Origin: a bacterium
Lineage (GTDB): Bacteria > SAR324 > NAC60-12
Length of the DNA stretch: 64,000 bases
Direction of reading: 5' to 3'
NCBI GenBank assembly: GCA_965233585.1
Contig: CBDDTI010000747.1
Coordinates: forward strand, 192,001-256,000
Below are positions 19,032 to 29,416 of this stretch, one piece after another. Below the pieces are notes generated by a model. That model saw only the letters and a list, made by a program, of their open reading frames with translations, did not search any database and was not told where the DNA came from. Within the stretch, counting starts at the first letter, position 1. Every line of letters begins with the position of its first letter. Made by a program: the position numbers and the translations under genes.

Positions 19032-21572
19032 ATGCTTAAAAAATCGTTGTTAGGTGCTGTTGTTGTTTCAATGGCAGCGTTCGTGTCTTCTTGTGCAGTA
19101 GAAACCACGACTGAAGAAAAAACTGCTGGGAAATTAAACTTTTCAGAATTAAGCGAAACATTTGAGGATGAGGGAAGTTTCACAGCTTTAGAAATCCTTG
19201 CCAACGTTTCAGGAGAAAAAACAGGTTATAGCCTGAAAGAAATCAAAGACATTTCAAACACTTCTGTTGCCACTCTTGGGCAAAATCAGACCAGTATTGA
19301 CTTTGAAACAACAGGTGCATTTACTGCAAGTTTGGTTTTTGAGCATGCCACGAAAGATGATGCAGTCATTGATAAAGCTCCATTTAAAATTCTGGAAACA
19401 AGTGAAAACATACTTTCTGAAAAATTTAATTTTTCGGAACTAAGCAAAAGATTTACCAGCGGTGGAAGTTTCACAGCTTTAGAAATTCTTGCCAATGTTG
19501 TAGGAGAAAAAACAGGTTACAGCTTGAAAGAAATCAAAGACATTTCAGATACTTCTGTCGCAAGAATTTCAGGGAACAAAAAAAGGATTAACTTCATTCA
19601 GGCTGGAACTTTTACAGCAACCTTGATTCTTGAGCATACCACTAAAGAAGACGTCACCATTCCAAATGCAACATTCCAGATTTTGAGAACAAACGCATTG
19701 GCATTTAACCTTTTAAGCGAAACCTTTACCAGCCTTGGAAGTTTCACTGCATCAGAAATCCTTGCCAATGTTGTAGGAGAAAAAACAGGTTACAGCCTGA
19801 AAGAAATCAAAGACCTTTCAGATACTTCTGTTGCTCAACTTGCGGCAAACAAAAAAAACATTGACTTCATTCAAGCGGGCATTTTTACAGCCACCTTGAT
19901 TCTTGAACATGCCACTAAAGCAGACATCACCATTCCAAATGCAACATTCCGAATTTTAAAAGGGCAAACAGTGGGTTTTACTAAACTCAAGAAAATCAAT
20001 AGCCCCTTCTCCTCTTTTGAAGAAAAAGAGATACTGGGAGCAGTGACTGGGATTCCACAATGGAGCAACTCTGAAGATAATAGAGGAGGCTGGAAGTTGA
20101 AAGAAGTCAAAGACATTTCAGACACTGCCATTGCAAGACTCAAATACAAATCTTTTGGTGTCGTCAATAAAAAAGCGATACGTGCCTCACGGATAGGTGA
20201 ATTTACTGCAACCATTGTTTTGGAAAAAGACAATCAAGCAGACCTTGTGATTCCAAATGCTGAATTTGAAACGGAGTTTATTTTTGCTGGATTGAGCAAG
20301 ACCTTTGTGAGTGGGGGCAGTTTTTCAGAAGCAGACATTTTGAGCAAGTTAGTAGGAGGAGATTTCAATTCAGGAGGTGGTAACAGCAGTCTCTATTCTT
20401 TCAAAGAAATCAAAGACATTTCAGATACTTCTGTTGCAAAAGTTGGAAGTGATGGAAAGAGTCTTGACTTCATTCAAGCAGGCTCTTTGACTGCCACTTT
20501 AGTGATTGAAAAAACTTATCCCCAAGGAGGACCAGAAGACGTTGTCATCCAAAATGCCAAGTTTGAAATCACTCAAACTCCCAAATGGGAAAAAGGCTTT
20601 GCCAATACTTCTGCATTCTTCTTTTACTACCCAAAAGACCACCAACTCTATTTTGCCTCCACTGGCAACAGCATTTACAAAATGAATGTAGATGGCTCTA
20701 GCGTCCAAAAGATATACACCAATACAGTTGCATCGGTTACTAAACCTTATGTCTATGTGCATCAAGATTGGATTTATTACAATGACAGCACCACTAAAAA
20801 AATCTACAAAGTGAAAACTGATGGGTCTTCTCATAGCGAGTTTATCAGCAATGGTCATGGAGACATGCGGGTTTATGGTGATGATTTGTATTATTTTAAA
20901 GACAACACAGACCCAAACAATAGATATTTCAGCAGAAAGTTTGATTTGATGCGAGTACCATTAGACAAAAGCAGTTCTGCAGAAGTTGTAGTTGAGATGT
21001 GTGAATGTTTAGGAGACCCTCATAATTTTCATGTCAAAAACAATCAAGTGTATTATAGCAAATGGGATACATTGCGCAAAATGGATTTAACGACCAAAAA
21101 AGTGACCACACTTTCACGTGGAATGCACGATGGTTTTATCCTTACAGAAGATTACATCTATTTCAGAAATCACTCACTTTTGACTGACTATGGAATTGGA
21201 CGTGCCAACTATGACTTTTCTAGCGTGACTGTAGTCCACGAGACTTTGTATCAGGTCAATTCGGACGACATCAATTTTAATGTTTCACCTTCTTTTATCA
21301 CCTACATCAATAGGGAATCAAGCGGGGACTCAAAGCACATCTCTGACAAAAATTTATACTACCTTGATTTGAATGCCAAAACAGAAAATTTGTTGAGGAG
21401 TTCAGTCAGCAAATCTGGTAGCTTTTTTGACCCACCTCAAGTAGAAGGGAATCTTAAAATTATTGGAGATTGGATTTATTATTTGCGTGAGTTTTCCACT
21501 AGCAAATTTGAGATTCGCAGAGTCAAAAAAGATGGAAGTTCTGCAGAATTAATACATCAATTTCAATTTTAG
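19032..21572 (+). CDS. Lipoprotein with five ~90-100 aa repeat domains and C-terminal DUF5050-like beta-propeller
   Basis: Lipobox VSSC; repeats GSFTAxEILANVxGEKTGYSLKEIKDISDTSVA...FTATL; C-terminal WIYY, IYKVKTDGS, RRVKKDGS motifs. Confidence 0.75.
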   Translation: MLKKSLLGAVVVSMAAFVSSCAVETTTEEKTAGKLNFSELSETFEDEGSFTALEILANVSGEKTGYSLKEIKDISNTSVATLGQNQTSIDFETTGAFTASLVFEHATKDDAVIDKAPFKILETSENILSEKFNFSELSKRFTSGGSFTALEILANVVGEKTGYSLKEIKDISDTSVARISGNKKRINFIQAGTFTATLILEHTTKEDVTIPNATFQILRTNALAFNLLSETFTSLGSFTASEILANVVGEKTGYSLKEIKDLSDTSVAQLAANKKNIDFIQAGIFTATLILEHATKADITIPNATFRILKGQTVGFTKLKKINSPFSSFEEKEILGAVTGIPQWSNSEDNRGGWKLKEVKDISDTAIARLKYKSFGVVNKKAIRASRIGEFTATIVLEKDNQADLVIPNAEFETEFIFAGLSKTFVSGGSFSEADILSKLVGGDFNSGGGNSSLYSFKEIKDISDTSVAKVGSDGKSLDFIQAGSLTATLVIEKTYPQGGPEDVVIQNAKFEITQTPKWEKGFANTSAFFFYYPKDHQLYFASTGNSIYKMNVDGSSVQKIYTNTVASVTKPYVYVHQDWIYYNDSTTKKIYKVKTDGSSHSEFISNGHGDMRVYGDDLYYFKDNTDPNNRYFSRKFDLMRVPLDKSSSAEVVVEMCECLGDPHNFHVKNNQVYYSKWDTLRKMDLTTKKVTTLSRGMHDGFILTEDYIYFRNHSLLTDYGIGRANYDFSSVTVVHETLYQVNSDDINFNVSPSFITYINRESSGDSKHISDKNLYYLDLNAKTENLLRSSVSKSGSFFDPPQVEGNLKIIGDWIYYLREFSTSKFEIRRVKKDGSSAELIHQFQF

Positions 21573-21928
21573 AATCAGGCTTCACTTTTAAAAGCCCCTC
21601 TTAGTTGTGTATATTTTGTTTATGATAAATCTTATTTTTTAGTCATTAAGTGCATTCTATCCCATAACAGAAAGGTCTTGGTGGCTGGCTTTTGAAAGGT
21701 AGTGATTTGAAGAGTCGTTCATTTTTTCTTTAAAAACTGTCTTTTTAGAAAATTGACTGCCCTGAAAATAGCTATCTTTTGAAAGAACAACTCTTTTTCT
21801 GTTCTGAGTAGAAAAAGAGTGATTGGTGTCTTTTGTTGAAGTAGTGCCTGAAGAATGGATGAGTTTTTTTGAAGTTCTGAAAGGGACTACTTTTTAATTT
21901 TATTAATTTTAATCATGGAGTAAATGAA

Positions 21929-22930
21929 ATGCGTCAAAAATCGGTCTTAGGTTCTGTCATTACTTTGGTGGCAGTGTTCGCATCGTCTTGTGCGATTGAG
22001 GAAAAACCCCCCAAAGAAGATTCTGAGAAACTGAGTTTTTCAGAATTAAGCGAAACATTTGAAGAGGAAGGGAACTTTACAGCTTCAGAAATCCTTGAAA
22101 ATGTTTTTGGAGAAAAGGAAGGTTACAGCATTAAGGAGATTAAAAATGTCTCGGATACTTCTGTTGCCACTCTTGGTCAAGGTCAAGTCAGTATCAACTT
22201 TGAGAAATCGGGTGAATTTACTGCAAATCTGATTCTTGAGCATGATACAAAAGCTGATTCAGTCATTGATGGTGCAAAGTTTAAAATTTTGGGAGACAAC
22301 GAATGGTCTTTCAATGTTTTAAGGAAACGGTTTGTTAGTGGTGGAAGTTTCACTGCAAGAGAAATCATTGCCAATGTTTCTGGAAAGAACAAAGCAAGCT
22401 ATTCTTTGAAACAAATCAAGGACATTTCAGACACTTCTGTTGCAAGGCTTAGCGAGGACAAAAGAAGCATTCAATTTGTGAAAGCAGGCTTTTTCACAGC
22501 AACTCTGGTGCTTGAAAATGAAGATGAAGTAGAAATCTCCATCAAAAAAGCTAGGTTTAAAATTGCTGCAATCAGTCCAAAGCGAAGGGATCCCATCAAT
22601 CCTTACAGAGACCCGTACCCGAACAAAGGTCTTCAGACATTAACTAAAACTTATGTTCCGGGTGGATATTTTAGCGAGGTAGAGATACAAAGCAAATTTG
22701 GCAATGCACGGTCAATCCCTCCATTTGTCTTGCTAGAAGTCAAAAATATCTCTGATACTTCTGTCGCAAGGTTAGGATACAACAAGCGGTCTGTTCATTT
22801 TGTCCAACCGGGTTCGTTCACTGCAGATGTTGTGTTCTCAAATTCCATCTTCACACAAACGGTCAAGGTCAAATTTGTCATCAAACGGCAAAGAGGCTAT
22901 CACTGGTGGATCACCCCTAGAGACTACTAA
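21929..22930 (+). CDS. Paralogous lipoprotein with three copies of the same repeat domain
   Basis: Lipobox ASSC; FSELSETFEEEG, KEIKNVSDTSVA and KQIKDISDTSVA repeats. Confidence 0.75.
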   Translation: MRQKSVLGSVITLVAVFASSCAIEEKPPKEDSEKLSFSELSETFEEEGNFTASEILENVFGEKEGYSIKEIKNVSDTSVATLGQGQVSINFEKSGEFTANLILEHDTKADSVIDGAKFKILGDNEWSFNVLRKRFVSGGSFTAREIIANVSGKNKASYSLKQIKDISDTSVARLSEDKRSIQFVKAGFFTATLVLENEDEVEISIKKARFKIAAISPKRRDPINPYRDPYPNKGLQTLTKTYVPGGYFSEVEIQSKFGNARSIPPFVLLEVKNISDTSVARLGYNKRSVHFVQPGSFTADVVFSNSIFTQTVKVKFVIKRQRGYHWWITPRDY

Positions 22931-22989
22931 CCAACCTTATCCTGTCTCTTCCTCTTCAAGAAGAGACAGCTTTACTAAGTTCCCCTGAC

Positions 22990-24294
22990 TTAGTAAACTT
23001 CCTCATACATCTGGCAAAGTTGCTGTCCTGCTTTTCCTTCCAAAAAAGCAAGCTCCCCTAATTTATGCTGACGATAGACTTCTACAAAATTTGGAGAAAA
23101 CCAACTTTTGACCTGTTCGCAAGCAAGCATCGTGTCTAAGGCTTCTTGCAGAGATTGAGGAAGACGAGAAAAGCCTTGTTGTTGCAAAGTTTCTTTGTCT
23201 AAAAGTGACAAATCTTCTTGAGTCACGCTAGGGCTTGAAAGACGTTCTTCAATCCCTTGACAACCTGCATGCACAATCGCTGCTAATGCTAAATGAGGAG
23301 AAGCAGCTGCATCAGCCGCACGAAACTCAAAATGATATTGTTTAGACACATCATCAGAGGAAAATTCAACAACAGGGCAAATTCTCACAGCCGCTTCACG
23401 GTCGCGAAAACCTAAATTGTTGTAAGATGCACTCCAACGGTGAGGAGTGAGACGAAAGTAAGAAATGGCAGAAGGGGCGGTAAAAGCTACAATTTGCGGC
23501 AGATACTTCAACACACCTGCGATGAAATGTGAGGTTAAATCTGACATGCCATAACTGCCTTGCTTACAATAAGTCAAAGGAATCCCCTCTTGGTCTAAAA
23601 AACTCAAGTGAATATGGACGCCATTGCCTACCCCCGAAAGGTCACGAATGGGGGTCAACGTTGCCTCCGTATTCAAAGAAGAGGCAGTGCTATAAATCAA
23701 CTCTCTCAAAAAAGCAGAACCATCAGCAATTTTGACGCCTTGTTCAGGAGCAAGCGTGACTTCATACTGATTGGCTCCATACTCCTTTAAAAAAGTGTCA
23801 GGTTGCAAGCCTGCCTGTTCTATTGCCCAAATCAGCTTTTCTCCCATCAGCTGCTGGTCTCTAAACCCTTTGTAAGTAAACCCTCCATGAGACTTTGTTA
23901 ACCCTTTAAGCTGAAACTCATGTTCAAAAGCACCACATAACACTGCACCAGAAAGTTGAAACAACCGCTCCAACGCAGACTGCAAAAGACCCCTTGTGCA
24001 ACATTCCCAAGCACTGCCATCTAAATTTAAAATGTTTCCCAACATCAAATGCTGTTCGCCATCTTCCAGATAGACATGGACTTCTGTTTGTAAATCAGGC
24101 ACTAATGCCAAATCTCCCAAAGACCCATACGGGCTTTCAGCAATACTATTGAAGCAAGTGATTTGAACATTGGTTGGAGTCCACCCTACGCCACGTTGCG
24201 AACGTTGCTGGAGTTGTCTGGTTGGGAATGCTTTACCCCTCATCAAACCTGACACGTCAGAGGTGGCTACAAAAGTAAGAGGTTGTTGAGACAT
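22990..24294 (-). CDS. Glutamine synthetase-like (gamma-glutamyl ligase) protein
   Basis: MRGK, FEHEF, EYGANQYE, GNGVHIHLS, REAAVR, FEFRAAD..ASPHLAL. Confidence 0.88.
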   Translation of the reverse strand: MSQQPLTFVATSDVSGLMRGKAFPTRQLQQRSQRGVGWTPTNVQITCFNSIAESPYGSLGDLALVPDLQTEVHVYLEDGEQHLMLGNILNLDGSAWECCTRGLLQSALERLFQLSGAVLCGAFEHEFQLKGLTKSHGGFTYKGFRDQQLMGEKLIWAIEQAGLQPDTFLKEYGANQYEVTLAPEQGVKIADGSAFLRELIYSTASSLNTEATLTPIRDLSGVGNGVHIHLSFLDQEGIPLTYCKQGSYGMSDLTSHFIAGVLKYLPQIVAFTAPSAISYFRLTPHRWSASYNNLGFRDREAAVRICPVVEFSSDDVSKQYHFEFRAADAAASPHLALAAIVHAGCQGIEERLSSPSVTQEDLSLLDKETLQQQGFSRLPQSLQEALDTMLACEQVKSWFSPNFVEVYRQHKLGELAFLEGKAGQQLCQMYEEVY

Positions 24295-24323
24295 TGCACA
24301 GATAGATTTGAGGTTTGAAAAAT

Positions 24324-25166
24324 TTAAGAAGTCCTAACTGAATCCCACATTTCAATCCGCTTTTTTGTCAACTCCCAGTCTCGTTCTGCAATCCAAGAAT
24401 ACAAAATTTCCACAAAGACTAATGCCCCTGCATAGCTGTCCCATGCAGTATTGGTGTCAATGGGAATAGAGATGACTTCGCGGGCATATTGAGCAACAGG
24501 AGATGACCATTTGTCAGTGAGTAAAATGATGGAGGATTTACGTTGGGAAGAGACAATTTTAGCCAATTTGAACAGATGTTGTTGGTACCTTCTAAAGTCA
24601 ATCATAAAACAAACGTCAGAGGGACGCATCTGTAAAATGTAATCAGGCAAAGCTTCTTGGTCTGATGGCAAATGGACAACTCCGTCACGCAAAAGACTCA
24701 AATGCTTCCCAAAAAATTGGGCAATGGGGTCGCTAAACCGACCTCCAATCACATAAATTTTACGTTTCCTGTCAGACAAATATTCGCAAATTTCTTCAAA
24801 TCTGCTGGCAGAGATCATTCCTGACATCTGTTCAATCATTTGCGCCCTTAATGCCAAATTCTTATGAAAATAATCTTCCTCAAGTTCCTGCGACTGGTGT
24901 AAATCCAGCGGAGAGCCTTTTCTCTGATTCAACTCTTTTTCTTTCAATTCATGGATTAGGCAATATTGAAAGTCTTGATAGCCTTGATAGCCAAGTTTGT
25001 AGGTAAAACGAGTGATAGAAGGCGGGGACACTTGCGTTTTGCTTGCAAAAGATTGAATGGTTTCAAGTCCTGCAAAAGGATAATCTGATAACAACGCAGA
25101 CGCAATTTTACGTTCAGCGATTGTTAGGTTTTTGTAAGATTGTTCAATGATTTTTTTAACGTCCAT
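24324..25166 (-). CDS. RpiR/MurR family transcriptional regulator
   Basis: LTIAERKIA, VSPPSITRF.KLGY.GY.DFQ HTH; SIS domain with DFRRY, LLTD. Confidence 0.9.
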   Translation of the reverse strand: MDVKKIIEQSYKNLTIAERKIASALLSDYPFAGLETIQSFASKTQVSPPSITRFTYKLGYQGYQDFQYCLIHELKEKELNQRKGSPLDLHQSQELEEDYFHKNLALRAQMIEQMSGMISASRFEEICEYLSDRKRKIYVIGGRFSDPIAQFFGKHLSLLRDGVVHLPSDQEALPDYILQMRPSDVCFMIDFRRYQQHLFKLAKIVSSQRKSSIILLTDKWSSPVAQYAREVISIPIDTNTAWDSYAGALVFVEILYSWIAERDWELTKKRIEMWDSVRTS

Positions 25167-25297
25167 ATCTAAAAATAATGATTAAAAAAGGTTAGGTGAA
25201 AGCCGAATTATTGTAATCTCATTAAAAATAATACGTCAAACCTAAAAAAAGAATTGACTTTGAAAAGTGTTTTTCATATTGTATTTGGGAAATCTTT

Positions 25298-27109
25298 TTG
25301 ACTGGCGTATCCGTGTTTACCATCTCCTACCAAAAGTTTGCTGTGATCTTCCTTTTTATGTTGGCTGCAATCGCATTGACAGCAACAGGAGCCGTCCTTT
25401 CAGGTTCAGCAGCAGAGCGAATCATCACAGTGTTTTTTATCTCTTTAATTGCTGTGGTCGGCATGGGCATTTACAGTGGCAATAGTGGAATTTTGAGCTT
25501 TGGACATTTGGCATTTATGGGCATTGGGGCATACGCTTCGGCATTGCTCACTGTGCCAACCCGACTCAAAATTGCCACTCTACCACATCTTCCCTCATGG
25601 CTTCAACAAACACAGCTAAGCCTTGAAATAGCATTGCTCATTGGCATTGTTTTGACTATGATTGTTGCCCTCGTCATTGGGCTTGCCTTGAGTCAGTTAT
25701 CTGGGGCATCTGCCACTATTGCAACATTAGGGGTCTTGATTATTGTGCATGGCATTTTGATAGGTTGGAGAGACTTCACCAGAGGCTCACAATCTTTTTT
25801 TGGGGTACCTCGTGAGACAACCGTTTGGATTGCAGCAGCAGGTTGTTTGATGGCTTTAGTCGTTGCATCTCTTTACCGTGAATCTGCATCAGGCTTGAGG
25901 CTTCGGGCGTGTCGTGAGAATGCGGTTGCTTCCCGCTCTGTCGGTGTCAACATCTACCGTGAATCCTTGATTGCGTGGGTCATCAGTGCTGGAATCATGG
26001 CATTAGCTGGTGGGTTGTTAGCCCATTTTTTGGGAGCATTCAGTCCCAAGAAATTTTACTTTGTAGATACTTTTTTCTTGCTGTCTATGCTGATTGTTGG
26101 TGGAATGAACACCGTCACTGGTGCTGTGATTGGCAGTGTTTTGATCACTTTCATCAGTGAATTATTAAGAAGGCTAGAAAGTGGTTTTGAACTCTTTGGT
26201 ATAGAAATCCCTGCTGTTTTTGGAACGACTCAAATTGGAATCAGCTTGCTCATTTTATTTGTGATGTTTCGTAAATCTGATGGAGTGGCAGGCTATCAAG
26301 AGTGGTATGAACTCCTGTTTAAAAAATTTTCTCTTGACCAGTTGAACGCTCCTTCTTCTGCTGTTGAAGTGAAAAAGCATCAGCAAGCTCACAAGTTGCA
26401 AGTAGAAAAAATCAGCAAGCATTTTGGGGGTGTGAAAGCCGTCAATGACATCAGTATGACTTTAAAATCTGGGCAAATGACAGGATTGATTGGTCCTAAT
26501 GGTTCTGGCAAAACCACCTTGCTTAATCTCTTGTCAGGAGTTCTTCCTCCCACTTCTGGACAAATGCACGTCGGTCAAAGTTCTTTAGCTAAACTACCCT
26601 TGCATCAATTTTTCCGATACGGCATTGCCCGCACCTTCCAAAATATTCATCTTTTCAATCACTTGACTGTCATGCAAAATGTGATGGTCTCTGTTTTAAA
26701 TCAAAATAAATCTACCCATGCAAAAGTCTTGCAACAAGAATGTCTCACACTGCTCAAACGTCTGGGACTTTTGGAAAAGGCAGATGTTTTTGCAGGGACA
26801 CTTTCTTATGGGGATCAACGAAGAGTTGAAATTGCACGGGCTTTGGCTCTAAAGCCTTCTCTTTTGTTACTAGATGAACCTGCCGCAGGCATGAATCATT
26901 TGGAGACACAAGAGTTAACTCAGACTCTCCAAGAACTTTGCCAGCAAGAACAAATTGGTCTTTTGCTTGTAGATCACGATTTGAAATTGATCCACTCGTT
27001 GTGCCATGAGGTGTATGTCATGAATGAAGGACATCTGATTGCACACGGAACACCTGATGAGGTTATACGGTCTCAGCAGGTCATTCATGCTTATTTAGGG
27101 CAGTCTTAA
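25298..27109 (+). CDS. Branched-chain amino acid-type ABC permease fused to ATPase (LivM-LivG-like)
   Basis: SFGHLAFMGIGAY permease; GPNGSGKTT, GIARTFQ, LSYGDQRR, LLLDEPAAG. Confidence 0.9.
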   Translation: MTGVSVFTISYQKFAVIFLFMLAAIALTATGAVLSGSAAERIITVFFISLIAVVGMGIYSGNSGILSFGHLAFMGIGAYASALLTVPTRLKIATLPHLPSWLQQTQLSLEIALLIGIVLTMIVALVIGLALSQLSGASATIATLGVLIIVHGILIGWRDFTRGSQSFFGVPRETTVWIAAAGCLMALVVASLYRESASGLRLRACRENAVASRSVGVNIYRESLIAWVISAGIMALAGGLLAHFLGAFSPKKFYFVDTFFLLSMLIVGGMNTVTGAVIGSVLITFISELLRRLESGFELFGIEIPAVFGTTQIGISLLILFVMFRKSDGVAGYQEWYELLFKKFSLDQLNAPSSAVEVKKHQQAHKLQVEKISKHFGGVKAVNDISMTLKSGQMTGLIGPNGSGKTTLLNLLSGVLPPTSGQMHVGQSSLAKLPLHQFFRYGIARTFQNIHLFNHLTVMQNVMVSVLNQNKSTHAKVLQQECLTLLKRLGLLEKADVFAGTLSYGDQRRVEIARALALKPSLLLLDEPAAGMNHLETQELTQTLQELCQQEQIGLLLVDHDLKLIHSLCHEVYVMNEGHLIAHGTPDEVIRSQQVIHAYLGQS

Positions 27110-27145
27110 ATAGGCTTTGATTAACCTTATTTTCATAACTTAAAA

Positions 27146-28318
27146 ATGAATAAATTACGTATCAAATTGGCTGGGGCAACTTCAACAGCCGTCTTTTTGG
27201 CTTCTTCTCTGTTCACATTGGGGGCTGAAACACTTCACATTGGTCTTGCTGTCTCCAAAACAGGTGGACTTGCACCCTACGATACCCCTGTGGTGGAGGG
27301 AATCCGAATTGCTGTGGAAGAATTGAACAAGAAAGGTGGGGTGATGGGAAAAATCAAGATTCAACTCAAGGAGAAGGACGTGCGTTCTGATGCCGCACAA
27401 ACTTCTATTGCAGTGCAAGAACTTGTAGATGATGGAGTCTCTGTGATGGTGCTACCTTGTGATGCTGACCCTGCCTTGGCAGCTGCAGACATCTTAGACC
27501 GTGCTCAAATCCCCGGCATCTCCACTTGTGCCTCTTCTCCTACTTTGCCTCTCATCGGTGGGGATTATATCTTTGCCAACATGCCCGGGGATAATATTCA
27601 AGCCACAGTTCTAGCAGAATGGGCATACAAGCAAGGGCATCGCCAAGCCTACATCTTGTATTCTCCTGACAGCCAATATACTTCCATGCCTCTTTATTTT
27701 GGAGACGTCTTTGAAAAACTAGGTGGAAAGCTCATTGGCAAAGATGTCTATTCACTTGGACAGCAAGACTTTTCTGCCATCGTCACCAAAATTCAAGCAC
27801 TTTCTCCACAGCCTGATGTGATTATGACCTCTGCTTACGAGCCAGATTTTCCCTCTTTCATCAAAGCATTAAGGTCTGCAGGAGTGGAAGCCCAAGTTTT
27901 AGGGTCTGACGGAATTGACAGCCCGACAACTTTTTCTTTAGGGAAAGCAGGAGAAGGTGTTGTTTTCTCCACTGCAGGACATGCCACATCAGGCAGCCGT
28001 TTAGAAAAATTCAACAAACTCTACAAAAAACAGACAGGCAAGGCATCTGAAACTGTCTTTAATGCCGTTGGCTATGATTTAATCACCGTCGTCAAAGAAG
28101 CCGTGATTCAGTCAGGTGGAAGCACCGACTCTAAAAAAATTCGCAACGCCCTTGCTAATTTGGAAGATGTCAAAGGAAGCACCAGCACCATCACTTACAA
28201 AGGCACGACAGGAATGCCAATACGTCAGGTGTCCTTGATTCGTGTCAAAAAAAGCGAGCGAGAACTGGTTGGACAAATTGCTCCCACTCCTTCATTAGTC
28301 CCTGCACCACGCTTGTAG
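27146..28318 (+). CDS. ABC substrate-binding protein (LivJ/LivK-like)
   Basis: Signal peptide; TGGLAPYD, AVEELN.KGG, QQDFSAIVTKI. Confidence 0.88.
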   Translation: MNKLRIKLAGATSTAVFLASSLFTLGAETLHIGLAVSKTGGLAPYDTPVVEGIRIAVEELNKKGGVMGKIKIQLKEKDVRSDAAQTSIAVQELVDDGVSVMVLPCDADPALAAADILDRAQIPGISTCASSPTLPLIGGDYIFANMPGDNIQATVLAEWAYKQGHRQAYILYSPDSQYTSMPLYFGDVFEKLGGKLIGKDVYSLGQQDFSAIVTKIQALSPQPDVIMTSAYEPDFPSFIKALRSAGVEAQVLGSDGIDSPTTFSLGKAGEGVVFSTAGHATSGSRLEKFNKLYKKQTGKASETVFNAVGYDLITVVKEAVIQSGGSTDSKKIRNALANLEDVKGSTSTITYKGTTGMPIRQVSLIRVKKSERELVGQIAPTPSLVPAPRL

Positions 28319-28332
28319 GCATTTTTTACTTT

Positions 28333-28361
28333 TGACCTGTTTCTCCAACAAAAACAGGTCA
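28333..28361 (+). terminator. Stem-loop after substrate-binding protein gene
   Basis: tgacctgttt-N9-aaacaggtca perfect 10-bp stem. Confidence 0.6.
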
Positions 28362-28471
28362 GAGGCTTTTAGGAATTTTCAGTGACCCAAAGAACATGCA
28401 GGCTTTTAAAATGTAGATTCGCAAATGGCAAGCACACTAGAATGCTAATTTTCAAATTGATATAAATCACA

Positions 28472-29416
28472 ATGAATATTGTAAAAAAACTAGAGGAATT
28501 TGTATCAAGGGTATTCAAAACAACATTGGAGGTATTTTTTGAATCTTTGAAATTAAGCCCTAATGCACAGGGTTACATTAGTGGCTCTATTACAGAGCTG
28601 TTATTGAAAAAAAAGTTGGAGCAACAAGGTCTCATCGTGAAGCGAATTAAAGAAAAATGGCAAGGACAAAAACATCATCGTCACTGCGGAGATTTTTATA
28701 TAAAACACAAAGAAAGTTGGTTCGTTTTAGAATCCAAAGGAATCAAATCTAACTCAGAAAAATGGCATAAACTTTATAATTATGAGAAGCTTAAATCTTT
28801 TCTTTTTACTTACAGAGATAAGATTCATTGGATTGACCAAAGTGAGGTAGCTGAACAACAAATAGATCAGTGGATTAAAGCTTATCTTCCAAAGTTTTTC
28901 AATGATTATCAAGAAACTCTTTACGATTACGAAGAAATTATCAAATATAAGGTTTCTCAAAAAAAGACAAAAAAATCTGAAGCAATAGAAAAACTAAAAG
29001 GTTATTCAAGAGAAGAAATGGCACAAATCATTGACGAAAGGCTTGAATATCTAACAAATCAAATTCAAGTTTTAGAAACTCATTTAGTTTCAGGGACAGG
29101 AGGTTCAAATAAACGAACCCAAGCTACACCAAGAAAAGATGAATTTAACCTTCTTTCAGTGGATATATTCTTGAAGTATCAAGAACATAAGTTTTTATTT
29201 GCAAACCCTCAAAATCTGGAATCATCTGGAGTTGATTCCAATCATTTACAACAAAACTATGTGATAGGATTTGTTTTTCAAGGCAATAACCTTTGCTTAT
29301 TTGATGAATGGAGTGGAAACTTTGATGAGGTATTAGATACCGTTCAACTAAGTGATGCTATCAAAGAAGAAGATATGCAGATAGATACCAGAAACGTTGT
29401 TTACGAAAATGAATGA
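28472..29416 (+). CDS. Putative PD-(D/E)xK restriction endonuclease
   Basis: GDFY...LESKG catalytic-like motif with upstream ITELLL helix; low GC; overlaps methyltransferase. Confidence 0.65.
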   Translation: MNIVKKLEEFVSRVFKTTLEVFFESLKLSPNAQGYISGSITELLLKKKLEQQGLIVKRIKEKWQGQKHHRHCGDFYIKHKESWFVLESKGIKSNSEKWHKLYNYEKLKSFLFTYRDKIHWIDQSEVAEQQIDQWIKAYLPKFFNDYQETLYDYEEIIKYKVSQKKTKKSEAIEKLKGYSREEMAQIIDERLEYLTNQIQVLETHLVSGTGGSNKRTQATPRKDEFNLLSVDIFLKYQEHKFLFANPQNLESSGVDSNHLQQNYVIGFVFQGNNLCLFDEWSGNFDEVLDTVQLSDAIKEEDMQIDTRNVVYENE

